Below, in pieces: positions 1 through 10,639 of a DNA stretch of 64,000 bases (the stretch's first letter is position 1; each line of letters begins with the position of its first letter). A program made the position numbers and the translations under genes. Location of the stretch: positions 32,001-96,000 of IMG/VR virus record IMGVR_UViG_2873737359_000001. The stretch is one strand, 5' to 3'. The notes under the pieces are model-generated. The model made no database searches and was not told the origin of the DNA. It saw only the letters and a program-made list of their open reading frames with translations. This stretch comes from a virus (lineage: Duplodnaviria > Caudoviricetes).

Positions 1-2203
1 TAAGCATTTCAAAGGCATATGCAGATTCGAATTGAAAAATCCCAGCAGGACTAATGATAATATCGTTCCACACCTTTTTATCATTCCAATTAATCTGATG
101 CGACTTCGGATATGGCTTTCCTACATATTCATAACATTTTCTGATAATCTGTAAATTTTTCAAACCAAGAATGTCATACTTAACAAGCCCCGCTCCATCA
201 TGGATTTCTTCCATATTAATACAGATAATCTGTTTACCATCATTCCAGAATATTCCATAATTATCTGGCAATGTAATTGGTGATACTACAATTCCTGCAG
301 GATGTATTGATTGAGATACCGCTGTTCCATTAAGACCATCAAAATAATAAAACAACTGTCTATACTGGTTCTCTTTTAAATCTTGCATCTGAGATATAGC
401 CTTTTTATGCTCGGTTTTCTTTCTTTCATAATCTTTTCTTATGTTATAATATTCGCTGTCTTTTTCTGCACTTTCAATCTTATCAAAATGAGGCATCTCC
501 TCAATTTCTTTGATGCGTTTTGCTGTACTGTCAATAACATCTTTATAAGTACTGTACAACAATTTAATATGTGCAACCTCTGCAAGTGGAATATCTAATG
601 CTCGTCCTATTTCATCAATTGTACCTTTATCAGATATCGTTCCAATAGCAAGAATATAAGCAGTTTTATCATATCCGAAGGATTCAATAATATGGTTGTA
701 TACCAATTCTCGTTGATCAGGCGAAATATCCAGATCAATATCTCCAACTTCTTCACGATCCTCATTTGCAAAACGTGAAAAAATAGTATTCCAAATAATG
801 GGATCTACGTCGATGATATCTGTAATATAAGCTATCGTAGAACCACCTACAGATCCTCTGCATGGACCAACCGGAATACCATGATCCCAGCACCAGCATA
901 CAAGTTCAGACATAAAAAGCATAAATCCAACCATATTAATCTTTTTGAAAACACGCATTTCTTCTACTATTCGCTTTTTATATTCCGGAAGTTTTTTTCG
1001 ATCAATAATACCTTTATCAACTTTTTCTTTCAGCATCCGAACAATACGCTTCTTTAAAACTTCCTCTTCATTATCATAAAGCTTTGGATATTTTACTGAT
1101 GTGTCAAGCTCAAAATCCTCAACAGAATCTGCCATTACATTAGTATTTTCAATAGCTTGTAAAATAGCATCAAATGGAATACCACAGCCTTGCTTACGAA
1201 ACATATCTACTAATTCGTCATATGATTTATAAGTAAGATCAAACTTATCTTCGTCGGCATATTCAATACCTTTGGCCTTCTGTAATATACTTCTACATTC
1301 TGCTTTATAATAATTAATACTATGCGTATCTGTGCCAGCGATTAATGGTTTTCCGGTCTGTAACGATGCCCGGTAAAGAAACTCATTATATTTTCTCTGC
1401 TCAGGATGATCATGGGGTTGTATTTCATAATAGTCATACGTTTTAAGAAGCCTATGGAAAATTTCACGAGCGGTTTTGTTTTTCATCTTCACCGCTTTAA
1501 TCTGCTTCTCATATTCCGTTTTTGTTGATACTACTTTATTATCGACAAATTTGATATATGCTTCATGAGGCGTACAGTTCCAAGTAATCCATGGCTCTTC
1601 AACGTAATTCGGATCGTCAATGTTATAGTCCTCGTTTTCAGATTTCGTATATGATATAATCCAGTTATTTTCTTCTTTTTCGTCTTTTCGTTTTGTTTCT
1701 ATCTGCTTGATAGTATCCTCTAAATCCTGCTGCAGACGATAAGTTTTTTCCCGAATTGATTTTTCGATATCATTTGGATAATTATGTAATGGAGACGCAA
1801 GACAAGCAGAAATCTTAATTACATTATCAGAAATATTAAAAAACTCTTCAAACGTAATTCTTGGCTTATAATATGTATGATCAGGCCGTGTAGATTTTTC
1901 AATCAAAAGATTAATCTCTTTTACGCCTTCATAATTTTTAGCAAGTAAAATAGTATGATAATTATCTCGTACCTTCTCTTCTAATGATTCTGTAAGATAA
2001 CACTCAACTCCATGGATATATTTCAATCCTTTGTAGTTAATGTACATCTTTTTTTCAATCCAATTGTAAATATTGCCATGTTCTGTAATGGCTAATGCTT
2101 TCTGCCCTAATTCTGCAGCTTTAGCAGCATATAATTTATAATTGGTGCAACTATCAAGAAGAGAGTCCTCTGTATGCACATGATATGCTGTATAGTTACT
2201 CAT
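1..2203 (-). CDS. dnaE: DNA polymerase III alpha subunit (DnaE-type), 3' end outside window
   Basis: Not in the ORF track (runs off the edge). Hand translation from ATG 2203: MSNYTAYHVHTEDSLLDS...AITEHGN (PHP), VGPCRGSVGGS, GDIDLD (catalytic), HPAG, GLVKYDILGL, GIFQFES. Confidence 0.95.
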   Translation of the reverse strand, partial: MSNYTAYHVHTEDSLLDSCTNYKLYAAKAAELGQKALAITEHGNIYNWIEKKMYINYKGLKYIHGVECYLTESLEEKVRDNYHTILLAKNYEGVKEINLLIEKSTRPDHTYYKPRITFEEFFNISDNVIKISACLASPLHNYPNDIEKSIREKTYRLQQDLEDTIKQIETKRKDEKEENNWIISYTKSENEDYNIDDPNYVEEPWITWNCTPHEAYIKFVDNKVVSTKTEYEKQIKAVKMKNKTAREIFHRLLKTYDYYEIQPHDHPEQRKYNEFLYRASLQTGKPLIAGTDTHSINYYKAECRSILQKAKGIEYADEDKFDLTYKSYDELVDMFRKQGCGIPFDAILQAIENTNVMADSVEDFELDTSVKYPKLYDNEEEVLKKRIVRMLKEKVDKGIIDRKKLPEYKKRIVEEMRVFKKINMVGFMLFMSELVCWCWDHGIPVGPCRGSVGGSTIAYITDIIDVDPIIWNTIFSRFANEDREEVGDIDLDISPDQRELVYNHIIESFGYDKTAYILAIGTISDKGTIDEIGRALDIPLAEVAHIKLLYSTYKDVIDSTAKRIKEIEEMPHFDKIESAEKDSEYYNIRKDYERKKTEHKKAISQMQDLKENQYRQLFYYFDGLNGTAVSQSIHPAGIVVSPITLPDNYGIFWNDGKQIICINMEEIHDGAGLVKYDILGLKNLQIIRKCYEYVGKPYPKSHQINWNDKKVWNDIIISPAGIFQFESAYAFEML

Positions 2204-2218
2204 CCTCTTCTCCTATTT

Positions 2219-3400
2219 TTACAAGTCATTAAGCCAGTCCAGATTATCAACTTCATATTCATCTTCGTCTGACTTCTTCGGTCCTAAAATACTGCCATTC
2301 TTTTCAGCTTCAAGCTTCTCCAGATAGGCTTTATAGGGCTTATGTAAATTAGGAGAATACGCACAAAGGTTCGATAAATAATAACTCTGTTTCTTTATAC
2401 TATCTTCGTCTTCCCACCAGATCTTGTCAGCTTCTTCATATTTGCCAGCTGCTTTTAACTCTTCATATTCAGCTTCTTTCTTACGAATCAGCTTCATTGT
2501 ACTGATAATAAAATCTTCCCAATACTGAATCAGTTCCGGAGTAAGATCCACATATACATAACAGTCATGCAGCTCATACTTCTCTTGTACTTCTGGTGGC
2601 AAACATGTAATATCATTGGTCTGTGCTAGTTTATCAAGATATTCAAGTAACTGGTCTTCGTATCCAAATTCTTTCAACCACATTTTGGCATTAGCTTGTA
2701 GCTTATTACCGAGTTCAAATCTTTCAATTTCTCGTACTTTCTTAATGCCTTTTTTAGATTGGACAGTTACACATTGATACTTCAAAAAGTTCCAGGCAAT
2801 ACGGATCTTTTCATATGGGATACCTTGTTGATGTAATCCCAGAGAATAAAGCACTAACTGTCCGCATTCATTTTTGGCTTTATCTCCTTTGTATATTGAA
2901 GACGTCTTCCAATCTAATATTGTATGAACACCATCGTCATCCACCAAATGAGCATCCATATATCCTTGGTAATATTCATCTCCGACTTTTATTTTGATAA
3001 ATTCCTCAATATTCATCTGAGATGTAATTGGTTCGTGAGTAGAAAAGAAATTCTTTAAATCATAGTAGTATTTATTAGCAATATTATTATTTCGTTCACT
3101 ATCGCTTCTCACAAATTTCAGATCGGCCATATCAAAAGCCATGGTCCATCCATCTTCAAATTCGTTCACCATATCTGCATAAGAGATCTCTTTTCCATAA
3201 AATTTCTCAAGAATTTCATGAGACAATCCTCCGGTGACAACATAAATGCTGTCCTCGCGATCCTTTTTTTTGTGTAAAACATAGTTTAAATAATATTCAT
3301 ATAATGAATTCTTAATACAGTTTAATCTGCTCCAAGAATTTAATCTATCAGTTCCAAGTGCCCCGCACATCTTTTGTAAATCTTCATAACTAATCCTCAA
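2219..3400 (-). CDS. PD-(D/E)XK nuclease (RecB/Cas4-like phage exonuclease)
   Basis: SWSRLNC, GYMD...ILDWKTS, QLxLY motifs. Start is probably TTG at 3400 (track start 3427). Confidence 0.8.
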   Translation of the reverse strand: MRISYEDLQKMCGALGTDRLNSWSRLNCIKNSLYEYYLNYVLHKKKDREDSIYVVTGGLSHEILEKFYGKEISYADMVNEFEDGWTMAFDMADLKFVRSDSERNNNIANKYYYDLKNFFSTHEPITSQMNIEEFIKIKVGDEYYQGYMDAHLVDDDGVHTILDWKTSSIYKGDKAKNECGQLVLYSLGLHQQGIPYEKIRIAWNFLKYQCVTVQSKKGIKKVREIERFELGNKLQANAKMWLKEFGYEDQLLEYLDKLAQTNDITCLPPEVQEKYELHDCYVYVDLTPELIQYWEDFIISTMKLIRKKEAEYEELKAAGKYEEADKIWWEDEDSIKKQSYYLSNLCAYSPNLHKPYKAYLEKLEAEKNGSILGPKKSDEDEYEVDNLDWLNDL

Positions 3401-4094
3401 TTTCGAATTTATATCCTTTTTTAACAATATTATTTTTTACTCTGTTCATAACGGTTTGCCTCCCTATATGATATTTTTTAGTAATATCTGTTATATGACC
3501 TTTGTCAATTAATTCATTATTAAAATAAACTTTTACTATCGTATTGCTTCTTCTATTTCTCGCATTTTCTTTACAAGATACAATATGACAATTTTCTAAG
3601 CTATAATCTGCGTTGTTATCAATTCTATCCAACTGATATTCATGTCCATTACATAATAAATTGCAATTTTCTAATGTTAAAATATCTTTTAAAAAATATT
3701 CAAAACATAACCACCTATCGCATACCTTTATTCCTCTAAGACCATAATTTTTATAACTTATGTGATTAGAGTTATAACACCTATTAATCATTTGTCTCCA
3801 ATGTCTACATAATATTTTAGAAAAATCCGACACTTCATACATACCCTGGCATGCTACACCACAAATATATGAATAATCATATACATTTTTAACATTTCCA
3901 CTTTTAATATTGCTATGTCTTGCAGGAATTAATGCGCCGTTATCAAATTGAACCAAAAAAATATGATAATTTCTATGTTTTTCTAGCAATCCAACAATTG
4001 TACATTTACCATATCTTTTTTGATCCCATTGACTTCCGTTATAATATATTTTTGAAGTATTTTCTAAAAGCGTATAATCTTCTATTTTCTTCAA
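3390..4094 (-). CDS. Free-standing HNH-type homing endonuclease
   Basis: WRQMINRCY...YGLRGIKVCDRW...LDRIDNNADYSLENC...EN motif. TTG start with AAGGAG RBS. Sits between primase and nuclease. Confidence 0.85.
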   Translation of the reverse strand: MKKIEDYTLLENTSKIYYNGSQWDQKRYGKCTIVGLLEKHRNYHIFLVQFDNGALIPARHSNIKSGNVKNVYDYSYICGVACQGMYEVSDFSKILCRHWRQMINRCYNSNHISYKNYGLRGIKVCDRWLCFEYFLKDILTLENCNLLCNGHEYQLDRIDNNADYSLENCHIVSCKENARNRRSNTIVKVYFNNELIDKGHITDITKKYHIGRQTVMNRVKNNIVKKGYKFEIED

Positions 4095-4114
4095 AACTAC
4101 TCCTTACTCTCAAA

Positions 4115-5194
4115 TTATTTCTTTAATTTCTCAATATATTTTTTATGTTCCTTTTCTGTATAAGGAATTCTCCATTTAAACATGAAGTTATATAGTTTAT
4201 TTGGCAAATCAGCCGGAGAATCTTTATCTCCTAAAATATCCCACTTGTCGTATATATAGCTGACTTTACGCAGCCCATAAAACTTTTCACACATGTTCCA
4301 GACTTCTGCCAACGGAACATCCTTATCCATTGCTATGATCACTTCTTGGACTCCTGTGCCTAATATAACCCTTACTTGTTCATCAGACATAACATGCCCC
4401 TCAAGTGCCACACATGTAGAATCATTCCTGCTGTCTCTTTTCAGTACCGATTTCTCAGCTTCAAATACAACAATATATCCAGCCTTTTTAATATCGTCTT
4501 TATTCTCCCAAAGACCATAAAGATTAATGTCTTTTCTCATTCCTGGAGTTATAAAATATTTAGCAATGCCAAATAATGAACAATTTGGAACAGAAGATCT
4601 TGCATTATACCCCATTAATGTCCCATCCGCCCAATATCGCACAGGGAAGACAGTTCTTTTCCATTGATATGAATATCCAAGTTCAAACTTCCTAATTGTT
4701 TTTTTAATAATTCCTTCCCTAAATAGATCAATATGAATATAAGGAGCGAAATCTAATAACACACCTTCTTCTAATGGATTAAAATCAACTATATCGCGCT
4801 TTTTGTGTCTTGTTTTGTACTTCGAAAATATGAACCATGAATCATCTTTCTTCTCAACCTTTCTATCTTTTTGATATAGATTTTTTAATCCAAAGAGTTT
4901 ATGAAGATATTTCATTGCTCCTGCAAAATCAGTATTCCGATTATATTGAACAAGTGAAATAATATCTTCGCCGTCGTCATAAGATACGCCCCTTGTATAG
5001 TTCCTATAATTCAAATATTTATTGTTTTTAATATTAATAGCAGCAGGATTATTACAGTCACCTCCTACCGCATTAGAACAGCTGTAATAATCCCTAGTGT
5101 CGTGATACACTATGTTGCTGCACCCTATACTCTCTAACACAAAAGGTATTTTATCGTGCTCAAAAATATATTCTTTTATTTCTAATGCAGTCAT
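4115..5194 (-). CDS. DNA primase (Toprim)
   Basis: VVFEAEKS and IIAMDKD Toprim motifs, N-terminal Cys cluster, adjacent to helicase. Confidence 0.85.
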   Translation of the reverse strand: MTALEIKEYIFEHDKIPFVLESIGCSNIVYHDTRDYYSCSNAVGGDCNNPAAINIKNNKYLNYRNYTRGVSYDDGEDIISLVQYNRNTDFAGAMKYLHKLFGLKNLYQKDRKVEKKDDSWFIFSKYKTRHKKRDIVDFNPLEEGVLLDFAPYIHIDLFREGIIKKTIRKFELGYSYQWKRTVFPVRYWADGTLMGYNARSSVPNCSLFGIAKYFITPGMRKDINLYGLWENKDDIKKAGYIVVFEAEKSVLKRDSRNDSTCVALEGHVMSDEQVRVILGTGVQEVIIAMDKDVPLAEVWNMCEKFYGLRKVSYIYDKWDILGDKDSPADLPNKLYNFMFKWRIPYTEKEHKKYIEKLKK

Positions 5195-5210
5195 ATACTA
5201 TACGTTCCTT

Positions 5211-6734
5211 TTAAAAGTCTTGTGGTATATTACAGATCGCAACATCTTTATTTATATTCATGCTCAAATCATATTCGGAAATAATCTGAAACGGATCTGT
5301 GTTTCCGAATCGATTCTTCGTAATGAATGTGATCATGTAATGCTTATCTGGATCTAACTGATATGGAATCTTAGTTTTACCATTTTTACCTGTTATTTTA
5401 TATGCCTTGATTTCATGCGAACCGCCTGGAAATTCATCATCAAATGGTCTTCTCATCATGAGGTTTACACTGAATACATCAATAATATTCTTAGCCTGTC
5501 CGATTTCATTATTTGTATAATATCTTAGTTTTACAGAAGCTTTCCCTAACTGATAAGTGACAAATAATGCTACATTCTTGGCGGATGGTTTAACAACATC
5601 ATATAAATCAACCATATCTCGCTCCATGGATTTCCATGTTTCTACGTTTCTGGAATCTGAAGACTCTTTCAATGTGTCAAGAACAAATAATCGAACACCC
5701 ATACTGGAATACTTCTTGATAACTTTAATAGCTGCTTTTACTGTGTATTTCTCAAAAGGAACAATCGTAATATTTCTACGATCCTTTAAATCTTCAAGGA
5801 ATTTCGCTGCCTTTTTTAAGTTTTCAAGCACTTCTGGAGAAAAATGTCCATCTCTTAAAACATATTTATGTATGTTTGCCTTATAAATATTATTGGCAAC
5901 CCAAATAAGCAATTCTCTGCGTACCTTATCTTGATCTTCCTCATTGATCATAATGACCATTTTTTCATTATTCTCAAGAACAGATGGCATAAGATAGTTA
6001 ATAGCCGTAGTTGATTTACCAACACCAGAGTTAGCACCAAGCCCATAAATATTTCCATTAAAGTTAACTCCGCCAATCTCTCTGTTCAAAATATCAGCGT
6101 TTTTTAATGGCATTCCGACCTGGCTGCCCGAATTTAATTTATCAATCAGATCAAATAATCCGTCACAGGCATTGAATGTTTTCACCTGAGTTTCTACATT
6201 GATGAATGTATGATTTAACAAAGCCTCTAACTCGTTATAAATGTCATCAGCCCGAGCATCAACATATTTACTAAGCTTGTCACCGACAGGGAATCCAATC
6301 TTTGCAAGTTTCATTACAGCATTCCATTTTTTAATTTCGCTTACATAAGCGTCAAAGTTTTCTTCTTTGATATATTCTACTGCACTTTCAATCTTGTCGA
6401 ATCCACCGTATTCGTCATACTTTGCACTAAGTTTTGAATGCTTTGAAAGATACATACTGATCGTAAGTTCATCCAAAGTATTTTTCTGTTCTATATTGAT
6501 GAGATCATTTGCAATAGAATAGTAAACTCTCCAGGCGTTGTTTGTAATATCATCAAGCTTTAATGATGTTTCTCTGATCAAATCCGGATTTTTGTAAATA
6601 GATGATACTGCATTAGCTTCTGCAATCAATTTGAACTCGTTAATTTTTTTTATTGTTTCAATGCATTCTTTTTGAAATGCAGAAGCAGTTGTCGCACTAC
6701 TGCGGTCTTTTGCATTATGTACGACCTTCCCCAT
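5211..6734 (-). CDS. Replicative helicase, DnaB-like
   Basis: Walker A GANSGVGKST, INEE, LFVLDTLK, TYQL, KNRFG. Confidence 0.9.
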   Translation of the reverse strand: MGKVVHNAKDRSSATTASAFQKECIETIKKINEFKLIAEANAVSSIYKNPDLIRETSLKLDDITNNAWRVYYSIANDLINIEQKNTLDELTISMYLSKHSKLSAKYDEYGGFDKIESAVEYIKEENFDAYVSEIKKWNAVMKLAKIGFPVGDKLSKYVDARADDIYNELEALLNHTFINVETQVKTFNACDGLFDLIDKLNSGSQVGMPLKNADILNREIGGVNFNGNIYGLGANSGVGKSTTAINYLMPSVLENNEKMVIMINEEDQDKVRRELLIWVANNIYKANIHKYVLRDGHFSPEVLENLKKAAKFLEDLKDRRNITIVPFEKYTVKAAIKVIKKYSSMGVRLFVLDTLKESSDSRNVETWKSMERDMVDLYDVVKPSAKNVALFVTYQLGKASVKLRYYTNNEIGQAKNIIDVFSVNLMMRRPFDDEFPGGSHEIKAYKITGKNGKTKIPYQLDPDKHYMITFITKNRFGNTDPFQIISEYDLSMNINKDVAICNIPQDF

Positions 6735-7241
6735 TTACCAAAGCTCCTCGAATGTCTCATTCATAAACTCATTAATATCTTCTGACTGTCTCTGGTATTC
6801 AGCTACTTCATTTACCTGAACTTCAGTATTTGCTTTCTCACTCTTTTTCTTACTCATTTCCGCATTCCTCATTCTTGTATACACATCATTCAGATCATTT
6901 CGAACGATTGCACATATATAATTTATTTTTTGTAATTCACCATCAAATTTTTTATTCTTAATGGCATTCTTTATTACAAATTTATTAATCTTAAAAGTAG
7001 CAAATATAACATCTATTGGATAAGAACCGTACTGTTCGCAATTATTGTTTGCCACTGCTTGGCCTCTTTGAAGTCCTATCAATGCTAATGCTCCAGCTTT
7101 TTGTATCTTCTGATCAATTCCGTCATACCCAAGCAATTCTGTTTCAATCCATAAACACATGTCACGAAACTTTTCATCTTTCCGGCCAACAATTTCAACT
7201 TTCTTATCCTCTATTGTTTTTGCTTTTCTTCTTTTTGCCAT
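6735..7241 (-). CDS. Hypothetical protein in replication operon
   Basis: 168-aa ORF abutting the helicase gene. Confidence 0.7.
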   Translation of the reverse strand: MAKRRKAKTIEDKKVEIVGRKDEKFRDMCLWIETELLGYDGIDQKIQKAGALALIGLQRGQAVANNNCEQYGSYPIDVIFATFKINKFVIKNAIKNKKFDGELQKINYICAIVRNDLNDVYTRMRNAEMSKKKSEKANTEVQVNEVAEYQRQSEDINEFMNETFEELW

Positions 7242-7300
7242 AATTATTTTGTCTCCTATTGCCTAAAAGATGTCCCGGAGCCAAAACTCCGGGATAATTA

Positions 7301-8458
7301 TTATGCAGCAGTTAATGCAAGAATCTCTTTGGCAACATCAATGTCGTCTACTGCCATCGGATTTTCATATCCTTTTTCTTTAGCCAGAACAAGTAATGGT
7401 TTCAGCGCAGCTGCTTTGCCTTTATTTGCTATACAAAAATCTTTGATCTTAGCTTTAATATCATTAAGCTCCTTTTCTTTCTTATTAGATTCCTCTACAG
7501 CCGCAATCTGTTCTGCTCTCTTTTCTGCAGCTGCATCCTGCTCTTTCTTTAATTCTGCAATAGACTTTTTGCCTTTGCTTGCTTCTGCTTTAATGGCATC
7601 TGTAAGAGCCTGAATAAGAGAATCAACATTAAAATCGAATTCTGGAACAATATCTGCAAATCTGGATTTGGAATCAATGGAATAAGAATCATCACGGAAT
7701 GTGATCTTTCTGCTTTCTTTAGCGATTACACCCTTCATGATGTCTTTCTTCTTATCGTCCTTTTTACCAGTTTTTTCCTGCACGATTTCTCGATCAATAG
7801 ATGCGACACCAAGGAAATGTAACTTCGTTTTAATTGCATTAAAATCTCTCATTGACATATTTGTTGTCAAAGATGTATATGTTTGTCCTGTTACAACATC
7901 CTCCTGCTGTCTCTGTTTAACATGTCCAATAATAATGAAGTGGACTCCAACTGATTTCAATTCCCAAAGTTTATCAAGAACAATCTCTGTTGCTTTATCC
8001 TCGCCACTCATGTATCCTCCAAAAGCAGCTTTGATTGATTTTACTGGTTTTTCTGGATGTTCCGCATTATGCATACGAATTACTTCTGGCTTTGCGATTT
8101 CGATAAGCTGATCATATGTATCAATTACAACTGTTTTAAGATCCGGATACTCTGTAGATTTATTCTCAACAACATCGTCTACAAAGTCCTCAAATCCAAT
8201 AGAGTTGGTGTATTCATCATAGTCCATAGACCACTCAGGACAATTCAGATAGTTAATTCCATCGATTCCATCTGCACCATCCTCTTTTCCACATTCAAGA
8301 AATCTATATCCATCTTCACCAACAAGTTTTTCGCACATTTCTTTGATGATGGTTGTCTTTCCAATACCGCTTTCCCCAATAAGCCCGATATTGTAGCTAA
8401 GTGGATCAATTTTAATAACATTCTTTTTTCCGTATCCCATTTTTTTATTACCTTTCAA
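7301..8458 (-). CDS. AAA ATPase (AAA_24/Sak4-like); start probably MGYGKK at 8440
   Basis: GESGIGKT, VVIDT, IIIGH, KSRF; next to the SSB-like gene. Confidence 0.75.
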   Translation of the reverse strand: MKGNKKMGYGKKNVIKIDPLSYNIGLIGESGIGKTTIIKEMCEKLVGEDGYRFLECGKEDGADGIDGINYLNCPEWSMDYDEYTNSIGFEDFVDDVVENKSTEYPDLKTVVIDTYDQLIEIAKPEVIRMHNAEHPEKPVKSIKAAFGGYMSGEDKATEIVLDKLWELKSVGVHFIIIGHVKQRQQEDVVTGQTYTSLTTNMSMRDFNAIKTKLHFLGVASIDREIVQEKTGKKDDKKKDIMKGVIAKESRKITFRDDSYSIDSKSRFADIVPEFDFNVDSLIQALTDAIKAEASKGKKSIAELKKEQDAAAEKRAEQIAAVEESNKKEKELNDIKAKIKDFCIANKGKAAALKPLLVLAKEKGYENPMAVDDIDVAKEILALTAA

Positions 8459-8502
8459 ACATTAATGTGAGTATAAAATTTATAATTAACAGTATTACGA
8501 CC

Positions 8503-9732
8503 TTAAACGATGCTATCCATCCAGGAATCATCATCCAGATCATCAGACGGATCTTCCTTCTTTGGGTTCTCTTCTTCAAAAGGAACTTCATCTTCTTCCT
8601 CTTCCGGCTCCTCATGCTTAATCAAATAATCAAGCATCAAATCATCATCTGAATACTTATCTTCAAATTTCTGGATCTGAAGAGTTTTACTACCTTCTTC
8701 TCCAACCATACGAAGAAATGGACGTTTAAGAATCATTCTTCTTTCTTTTCCTTTGTTTTCAGAACATTTCGCAAGAGCTTCTTCCATAGAATATGCACCA
8801 AGATCAATTAGCTCTTTGATGTCTGCCGGAATGTCAGCTTCTGTTGCCTGTACTGTTGCTCCTCCCTCGACAAAAATTCCTTCACAAGTAAGCATTGTAA
8901 TATTCTTTTTCACTTTGAATACTTTAGAAATAACAAGATCTGCTTTCTCTTTATTGTCCGGATCAACTTCATAATCGAATACTTTTCTCAGTGGTACAAA
9001 CTTACCGCCTTTTACGGATCCACCATCAGTAAGATCATTTCCGTTATATTCTTTAAACTTCTCAAGAATCATACCGACAATTGGATAAACCATCTTGTCT
9101 TTATCGAGTTTTCCAACCGAATCTTTATTCAGCAGCATAGTCTGTGTGAACATAGCAATTGGAGTATCTTTATCTGTTTTAAGGAAAATACTGTTAATCT
9201 GTTTTGTTACCTGAATAGCATCATTGTAAATGGAATACTTAAGCTGTCCTTTTACTTTAATTTCTGTTCCATCTTTAAGAGTGTCTGAAAGATAGTTGGT
9301 TGCATCATAATCGGAAAGGAATTTTTTCTCAACAATGTTTCCATCTTTATCTCTCTCGATTCCAATTCTGATAAAACAAAGATTTCCGACGTCCTCAAGA
9401 ATACTCTCGTCGAGACGGTCTTCCCAGTCGATAGTATATATATTGTCAAAATCATCAACTTCTCTTCCGGTTTTCTCATCTATCTTTTTACCATGGACAT
9501 ATAATGGATACGGATTGCTAATACTATATCCTCCCATTAGCTGACTCTGTACAAGTCCATATTTCTCTCCACAATCAACATTTAATAGCATTCTGGAGTA
9601 GATATAATCACTCTTTTCTGAATGTGCATCAATATTGAATGGAAATTTACCAAGAGCTGCTTTTCCTACAAGTGTAAAACTCTGAATCCAGCCCTTTTTG
9701 TCTAATGCTTTTTTTTCTTTTACTTTTGCCAT
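8503..9732 (-). CDS. Putative single-stranded DNA-binding protein
   Basis: Beta-rich OB-like segments, very acidic C-terminal tail (DDLDDDSWMDSIV), position in replication module. Confidence 0.6.
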   Translation of the reverse strand: MAKVKEKKALDKKGWIQSFTLVGKAALGKFPFNIDAHSEKSDYIYSRMLLNVDCGEKYGLVQSQLMGGYSISNPYPLYVHGKKIDEKTGREVDDFDNIYTIDWEDRLDESILEDVGNLCFIRIGIERDKDGNIVEKKFLSDYDATNYLSDTLKDGTEIKVKGQLKYSIYNDAIQVTKQINSIFLKTDKDTPIAMFTQTMLLNKDSVGKLDKDKMVYPIVGMILEKFKEYNGNDLTDGGSVKGGKFVPLRKVFDYEVDPDNKEKADLVISKVFKVKKNITMLTCEGIFVEGGATVQATEADIPADIKELIDLGAYSMEEALAKCSENKGKERRMILKRPFLRMVGEEGSKTLQIQKFEDKYSDDDLMLDYLIKHEEPEEEEDEVPFEEENPKKEDPSDDLDDDSWMDSIV

Positions 9733-9738
9733 TGTCTA

Positions 9739-9957
9739 TTATCTCCTATAATCGTAATATCTACTGTCGTTATTCAACTTCATTGATCTGTCATGGAAAT
9801 ATCGAATCACATTAATCCGGCTACAACATTTACACTCTACTAACTTGGTTGAATATCCAAATCCATGATCATCTGTAAATGTCTCGCTTTCTTCATAGTC
9901 AAAGATTTCATTGCATATCCCACATGACATTTGTTTCATTTGCTGTCGTTGTTCCAT
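9739..9957 (-). CDS. Small zinc-ribbon protein
   Basis: CxxC...CxCC; GGAGGA RBS. Confidence 0.65.
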   Translation of the reverse strand: MEQRQQMKQMSCGICNEIFDYEESETFTDDHGFGYSTKLVECKCCSRINVIRYFHDRSMKLNNDSRYYDYRR

Positions 9958-10188
9958 TCAAGTCCTCCTCTCTTTTAGATTGGAAGATCAAGAATGCAAG
10001 TATGCAATTCTATCTCCGGATGATTGTGATCACGATATCCATCAATGAGATAATAGATAATCGCGGTTTTGTCACCCTGACATCTCTCCACTGCTTCAAG
10101 AAAACAGTGTTTCAATCCTATTTACATATCTCTTTCATTTTTATAATTTGTATAAAATTTATTATTTACAGTGTCAAAGCAAAAATAA

Positions 10189-10596
10189 TTAATCGTTTTT
10201 GATCTTGACCTTACAACCAAATTTCTCTTCGACTTCATCCATCGTAACTTCTTTTACGGTATCATCATAGATAAGCTCAAATTCTGGAAACACATCATCC
10301 ATAAAATTTTCGTCACCCCCAATAGGCATAGAACCGACTCTACGAACATCGTTAATTCTCCAAACCTTGATAATGCGATCATTTTCTTTATAACTAAATA
10401 CACAAAACCGCATATTCCCAGTTAAGCATCTGAATGTTCTGAATTTATTGATGCTTCTGTGACTTACTTTGCTGTAATACCATTTAATGAGATCTCCACG
10501 ATCAGTGTTCTTTAAAACAATACCGTAACTTCCTTTTGTAGAAAGAACAATATCGCCTGTCCGAAGATCATTCAAACACATTGTTTTCATAATCAT
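10189..10596 (-). CDS. Hypothetical phage protein (related to C-terminal part of 54611-55225)
   Basis: Shared GDIV/NDIV and KEVTMDEVEEKFGCKVKI / KKMTKEEIEEELGYSIEI. Confidence 0.7.
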   Translation of the reverse strand: MIMKTMCLNDLRTGDIVLSTKGSYGIVLKNTDRGDLIKWYYSKVSHRSINKFRTFRCLTGNMRFCVFSYKENDRIIKVWRINDVRRVGSMPIGGDENFMDDVFPEFELIYDDTVKEVTMDEVEEKFGCKVKIKND

Positions 10597-10639
10597 GCTC
10601 CTTATACATTTACTTTATTTTCTATTGTAGCGCTACAAA

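Noticed and set aside
2219-3400. Cas4 of a CRISPR system
   Set aside because: Replication-module context, no other cas genes and no clear four-Cys cluster; an ordinary phage exonuclease is more likely.
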